The translations under genes were made by a program, and so were the position numbers. 64,000 nt of DNA from Glycera tridactyla (lineage: Eukaryota), in NCBI GenBank assembly GCA_965644265.1, contig OZ286471.1, forward strand, positions 46,624,001 to 46,688,000, given 5' to 3'. Numbering within the stretch: the stretch's first letter is position 1; each line of letters begins with the position of its first letter. Under the pieces are notes generated by a model. It did no database searches, had not been told where the DNA came from, and saw only the letters and a list, made by a program, of their open reading frames with translations. Positions 55,201 through 61,200 of this stretch are shown here, one piece after another.

Positions 55201-58200
55201 GATGAAGGTATATCTTGACACGACCATGTTCAATAGAGTATTACACCAGTTTTCTGAAATATCCACATGCAATACATTGCAGATCAAGTCTGTGGATCAC
55301 TCCCACCCAAGATAACAACCACACCCTTGACAACTACTCTGCCGAAAACGTCATCAGAGCCAAGCTCACTTTCAAGAGGAGCATCAACAATCACGGACCA
55401 GTTCTGCTATATTCCTACAGAAGGTGGCACTGCTGGCAGATCTATATGTTACTTCCCTTTCTCATACAAGGGTAGTGTCCATTATGACTGCATCATTCAG
55501 AACAATGATGGAGTACCTTGGTGTTATACAACTGATGCACCAAAATCAGATCGCCAATGGGCCAACTGTCAAGGTAGATTTTGCATATTCTATTCCACAA
55601 GGATTTAATAACAAACTAATGCACAATATCAAATCGATCATTGCACAAGTAGTACTGAATTGAGTACTAACGAATGTGGCTATGTGAAAGACAGTGGTAT
55701 ACATAGACATACAGGGTGAATGAGAATTGATCAGGAAATTGATTGAACCTTTTCAATCAAAGCAAGTGGTGATATTGTTTCCAAATAGAGCAAATTGTAT
55801 GTGTATACCAAACAATTGGCCTTCATTCAACATATGCTTTTATTCATACCTTCTTTAAAAATTATCAAAGAACCGCCGATGAAGGTACATCTTGACACGA
55901 CCATGTTCAATGGAGTATTACACCAGTTTTCTGAATATGCATATGCAATACATTGCAGATCAAGTTTGTGACAACCACATCCTTGACAATCACTCTGCCC
56001 TCAACTTCATCAGAGCCAAGATCACTTCCAGCTGGAGCGTCACCAGTCTCACATCAGGTCTGTCATATCACCACAGAAGGTGGCACTGCTGGCAGATCTA
56101 TAAGTTACTTCCCTTTCTCATACAAGGAATGACTGCATCATTCAGAACAATGATGGAGTACCCTGGTGTTATACCACTGATACACCAAAAACAGTTCGCC
56201 TATGGGGCAACTGTCAAGGTAGATTCTGGACATTCAATCCCATGACAAGTCGATAACATGCTAATGCACAATATCAAATCTATTGGTGCACGAGTAGCTT
56301 CATTTGAATCGAGTACTAACAAATTTGACTATGGGAGAGATGGATGTATGCTTGGACTAGTTGGTAGGAACCAGCTACGTCTTTATCACCTGCTTGAAGG
56401 TTGTTCTACATACATCTTGCCAGTTGATCTTTATTATCACTGGCAACCACCAATGTCATCATGCTTCGAACCTGTGAAATTCAGCAGTATATATGTTGTT
56501 AAAACCTGACTGCTCATGGAGTTCATACTCACGAGGAAAATTCTTGATATTCAATCAAATGCATGGGATAATTTGTGATATGATATCAGATTGCACAAGT
56601 AATCACGCTGAAGTCAGTGCTGATAAGTGCCATATCAATCATGGAATTTAATTGCACTATGCACTGATTTGCGAGACTTTTATGTATGACCGAGTCATGA
56701 TGGAGTTCCTTCGTTTTACTGAAGCAGGATGCACATCTTTATCAGCCAGATATTTTCTTCCCAATGTGGTTGAAGCTTAATTTTCCACATTTGCTAAATT
56801 TGATAAAAATGCATGGCCTGTGATGACAATTTTTAATGGCTCATTTTAAACTGCGAATGAATTTGATTATGCTTACAGAAGAAGTATGTGGTCCACTTTC
56901 AACACAGATTATTACAGCCCCAGTGACGTCACCCCAACTGACCTCAGAATTGACAGCTGCATCAACAGTCACTGAAGAGTATTGTTTCATCCTCACATCA
57001 GGAGGAACATCTGGGCGATCAGTTTGTCTGTTCCCTTTTACATACAGGGGGGAAGTTTACACTACCTGCACACCAAAAGATAACAATGGAATACCATGGT
57101 GTTACACGTCCAATTCACAATATGGCCGTCTATGGGGCAACTGTGAAGGTAGAGTTTACTTCCCTGATACATAGCACCAGAATATTCGGGTAGTATTTGG
57201 GTAGGAGTTGACATATTCAGTCAATACGTCTGGCTTTTTTTATTGAAGATCCTCATCGACACTCTTCACAGAATAATTTAATTAATTCAGGAATTCGAAG
57301 ATCCAGCAATAATGGTACATACAGGTACATTGTCCAGCGCAATTTCATGAATAAAAGGCCAGCACTAAGGTGAAGTAGAGCATTCATCATTGGAAATAAT
57401 CCCCGCACCTCCTCTTGGCATATTATTGCCAACTGAGCGTCGGACTTATTTGTAATATTTATACCTTCATGATGATATATCTGATGGATAGATTGTGACG
57501 TATGCTAATTTGGTAGCATGAGCAGGTCATCATCGCTGACATGATTTTCTGTCATGAATTCTATGATGACGGAACAGTCATGTTTCATTCTAACATCTGG
57601 AGGAACAGCCAGGAGATCAGTCTGTCTGTTTCCTTTCGCATACAGAGGGAATGTTTACACTACCTGTACAACGAAAGATCATGATGGAATATCATTGTGT
57701 TACACAACCAATATCCAAAATGGTCGTCTTTGGGGCAATTGGGAAGGTATAGACCTGAAACCATATCACATGCATTTAGTGAACTGTTCATGCTATTTCT
57801 GTAGAGTAGATGAATAATACTTTGTTACCTTGAGTCAATTGACTACGCATCATCATATGATAGATACAACGATCTAATAAGTTGATGATGCATAGACAGG
57901 AAGGATCTCAAGTGTGCTTTCAAATTAATTGATGAAGTGAAGTTCAGGCTTCCACCATCGATACCAATATAATGATCGCTCGAAATAGGAGTCTGGGTTC
58001 ATGACAGAAGTGTGTGCTATGCTACTCTTCCTTGTCCTCTTCTATATATAGGGGAGAGAGCTTACTATTTGAATGATTTCTCGAACAACAAATAATGCAC
58101 CAATTTACTCAGTTGAAGAAGTAGGAATATTATGAATCTGGAAGGATTGTTTGCGAAAACTAATCGAATCAAGATGTGATACTATTGGTGCTATCATGAC

Positions 58201-61200
58201 TATCGAATTATTGGAATTGGCGATGACAGGTGGTGAGTAATGTCCATGATTGTAAATCCCCATAGATCAGTTCAAATTATGAAAGCATTGATTTTCTTTT
58301 GCAGAGGAAGTATGTGGTTCACTTCCGACTGACATTAGTACCACTACAGTGATCTCGGCTGGACCAATAACTACTGACACCGTGGTGGTATCCACCATAA
58401 CGAACGAGTTGTGTTTCGTCCTCACGTCTGGGGGAACAGCTGGAAATTCAATTTGTTTGTTCCCCTTTGCATACAAAGGAGATGTTTACACGGCTTGTAC
58501 ACCGAAAGATAACAATGGGATACCATGGTGTTATACCACCAGCATACAGAATGGGCGTCTGTGGGGAAATTGTGAAGGTAGAGAGTTTATTTCAATAATT
58601 TTGTGCCAATATCGTGCTCTGGGAAGGGGGATTGGCATGATCATTCTTTTGATATATAACAATTTCACCATCAGCTTCATAAGAGTACAAGGGATATCCT
58701 GATCACTATGAGTGCTGTTATCCCTAAATCATGTATTATCGATATCTGTGTTGTGGAGTGTGATAATGAAGTTAGCAGTCACATCATTTTGTCCTTTAAA
58801 AAAAAATCATCACCACCATATCAGAGAAAGCATTTATGAATCCGTCAGATAAGTGTTCATTCAGATATATTTTATAGCATTGTGATCAGGGGTTAAGGTT
58901 GAAGCCATTGTTTGCTGATGCCTTGCATTGTAGAGGAAGTGTGTGGCACTTTACCAACAGCATTGAATACGACTCCTCCAACACCGACACAGACGACACC
59001 AGCATCGACTGTTACGACTGAGTTTTGCTATACATTCGCATCAGCAGGAACAGCTGGCACATCAGTCTGTGTCTTTCCCTTCTACTACAAAGGCAATCAA
59101 TACAGTGATTGCACAACACGCGACAATGATGGTGTGCCTTGGTGTTATACAACTCGCTCACCTGAGACTGATCACCTTTGGGGAAATTGTGAAGGTAGAC
59201 GTCAAATAGACTTTAAACTCACATCAGTGTGTTTGTTTCCATTTGACCATTTTGGCATAATGAATAGGCCTATTCGACTAGTCGGTTTCGTTGAGTATGG
59301 CCAGTCCGTTGACTACGTTCTGTATAAGGGTAGTTGCCCAACACTTTTTCGATGCGTACGATCTCAACGGTCATTTGACTACATTGATCTCATTAAACGA
59401 ATCCTATTCGGGTTGGCTACGACCGTTGAGTACATTTCTGCAATGAATACTCAATGGAAACTGAACAGTCAAATAGGCCTAATATTCGTTAATGCTACAG
59501 ACAGCTTCAAACTCAACCTTGGGCAGTCTGTTTTGAAAATGCGTTTCAAAGATTTGGCACTCGTCACCATGTAGAATTTGGAGATCATTACCATCGAATC
59601 TGTTGCTGGGATATGCCCGCATGAGTGGATGAGCGAGGTTGAGTCTTTGGTGACTATCCTTCTAGATTGACATATGTAGAGCAGCATATTATGTCCTCCC
59701 GGAAAATTTGAATCCAGGGTTAGGAGCAAGAATGAAAACCATCTGTCTTCGGTCATGTGTTACTAATATCATCCTGATGAAGTCGGAGATAGCTAATTTA
59801 TGGCTATTCCAGTGTCAGTACTGCTAAAGGCAGGTGCAAAGAACAACCTCACGTAGTGTTTGGAACTGCAACTGGTTCCACCAGGAAATGCTATAGCAGT
59901 GTACTGCAAGCAAAGAACAGGGGTCAATAACTGTATTTTCCAAATATCAGCCAAAGCGTGGAGGAAGCTACCCTTGCACGAACGTCAAAATGCATCTAGT
60001 CACCTGCCAGTCTGCGTTCCGATTCTCTTGAAAGTGATACTGGCGGCCCTCAAAGGTTCGAGACACATGACGTGTATGATCCCAAGGATTGATATATCCT
60101 GAAACACCAGCCGATTGACCCAAATTCTTCTGTTATGGACCTCTGGCTTTTTTTCAGAACAGGTCTGTGGGTCACCACCACCAGAATTAACCACGTCGTT
60201 CATGAGCCAAACCTCAACAGATTCAACCAGCTCACATTTGTCATCAGCACAATCGACATCAACTTCTGCTCTGACACTGACCCCTTCCTACTGCTTTACA
60301 CCAACATCTGGGGGGACAGCAGGCAGCTCAGTCTGCACGTTCCCTTTCTCATACAGAGGGAATGTCTATGATGAATGCACGGCCCGCGACAATAATGGAG
60401 TTCCTTGGTGCTACACAACAAGTTCACCTCAGACTGATCACCTATGGGGAAACTGCGAAGGTAGATGAGCGAGATGATTTGTATTCTTTTCCTTAAATGA
60501 TTGTGTTCTGTGTCATAACAAGAATAAGGGAACAAAATAAAAAAAAATGTCCTTGTGTTCTTCCCATTCAAGTCCGATAAGTGATTGAATCATGATGGTG
60601 GGGTGAAGATTGATGTGAGGACAAAACGATCACCCGAATATCCAAAACTCATTGCAGAGCCCAATAGAGACGTGTGCGATTACATGTGACAGGCACGCTG
60701 GTGTTTGGATATGCTAACAGTCATTTTACATGCCCAAACGATCAAGTTTGTCTGCATTGCTGAGGACAATCACCGATCGTCAAATATTTGTTGCATGCCA
60801 ACCTAATAATTTGGTGATGAAAAATGCCCGATCATGTTGATAAGCTGGGTGGTTGCTCACAGTGAGTGACTGATGCGAAATTCTACTATACAAATTTATA
60901 TAGTAAGACAGAACTCATTGGTACGGACTGATGCATCTGCATGGTGTATACTTTCATCAAGAATAACTGATTCTGTTCTTCAATTCTCTTTCTTTGGTGC
61001 GATCTAATTTTCGTTGCTGAATTTGTCCATAGCACAATCATTTCTTTAAAAATACAATGAATCATTTCCAGATGAGGTTTGCTGTTATGGAACACCAACA
61101 ACTGGAGGAACAGCTGGGGAGTCATACTGTGTATTTCCCTTCTCATACAGAGGAGCCACTTACGACGAGTGTACAACGAGAGATAATGAAGGGTTGCTAT

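Larger units (their letters stand above)
47190..56300 (+). repeat. Single-exon tandem array (D family): 11 exon+intron units, period 833-834 bp in the first five, 9 intact and 2 decayed
   Basis: Exon starts at 47471, 48305, 49139, 49973, 50806 (period 834/833), then 51982, 52862, 53517, 54449, 55283, 55959, with homologous but more diverged introns. Outer boundaries are approximate. Confidence 0.93.
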
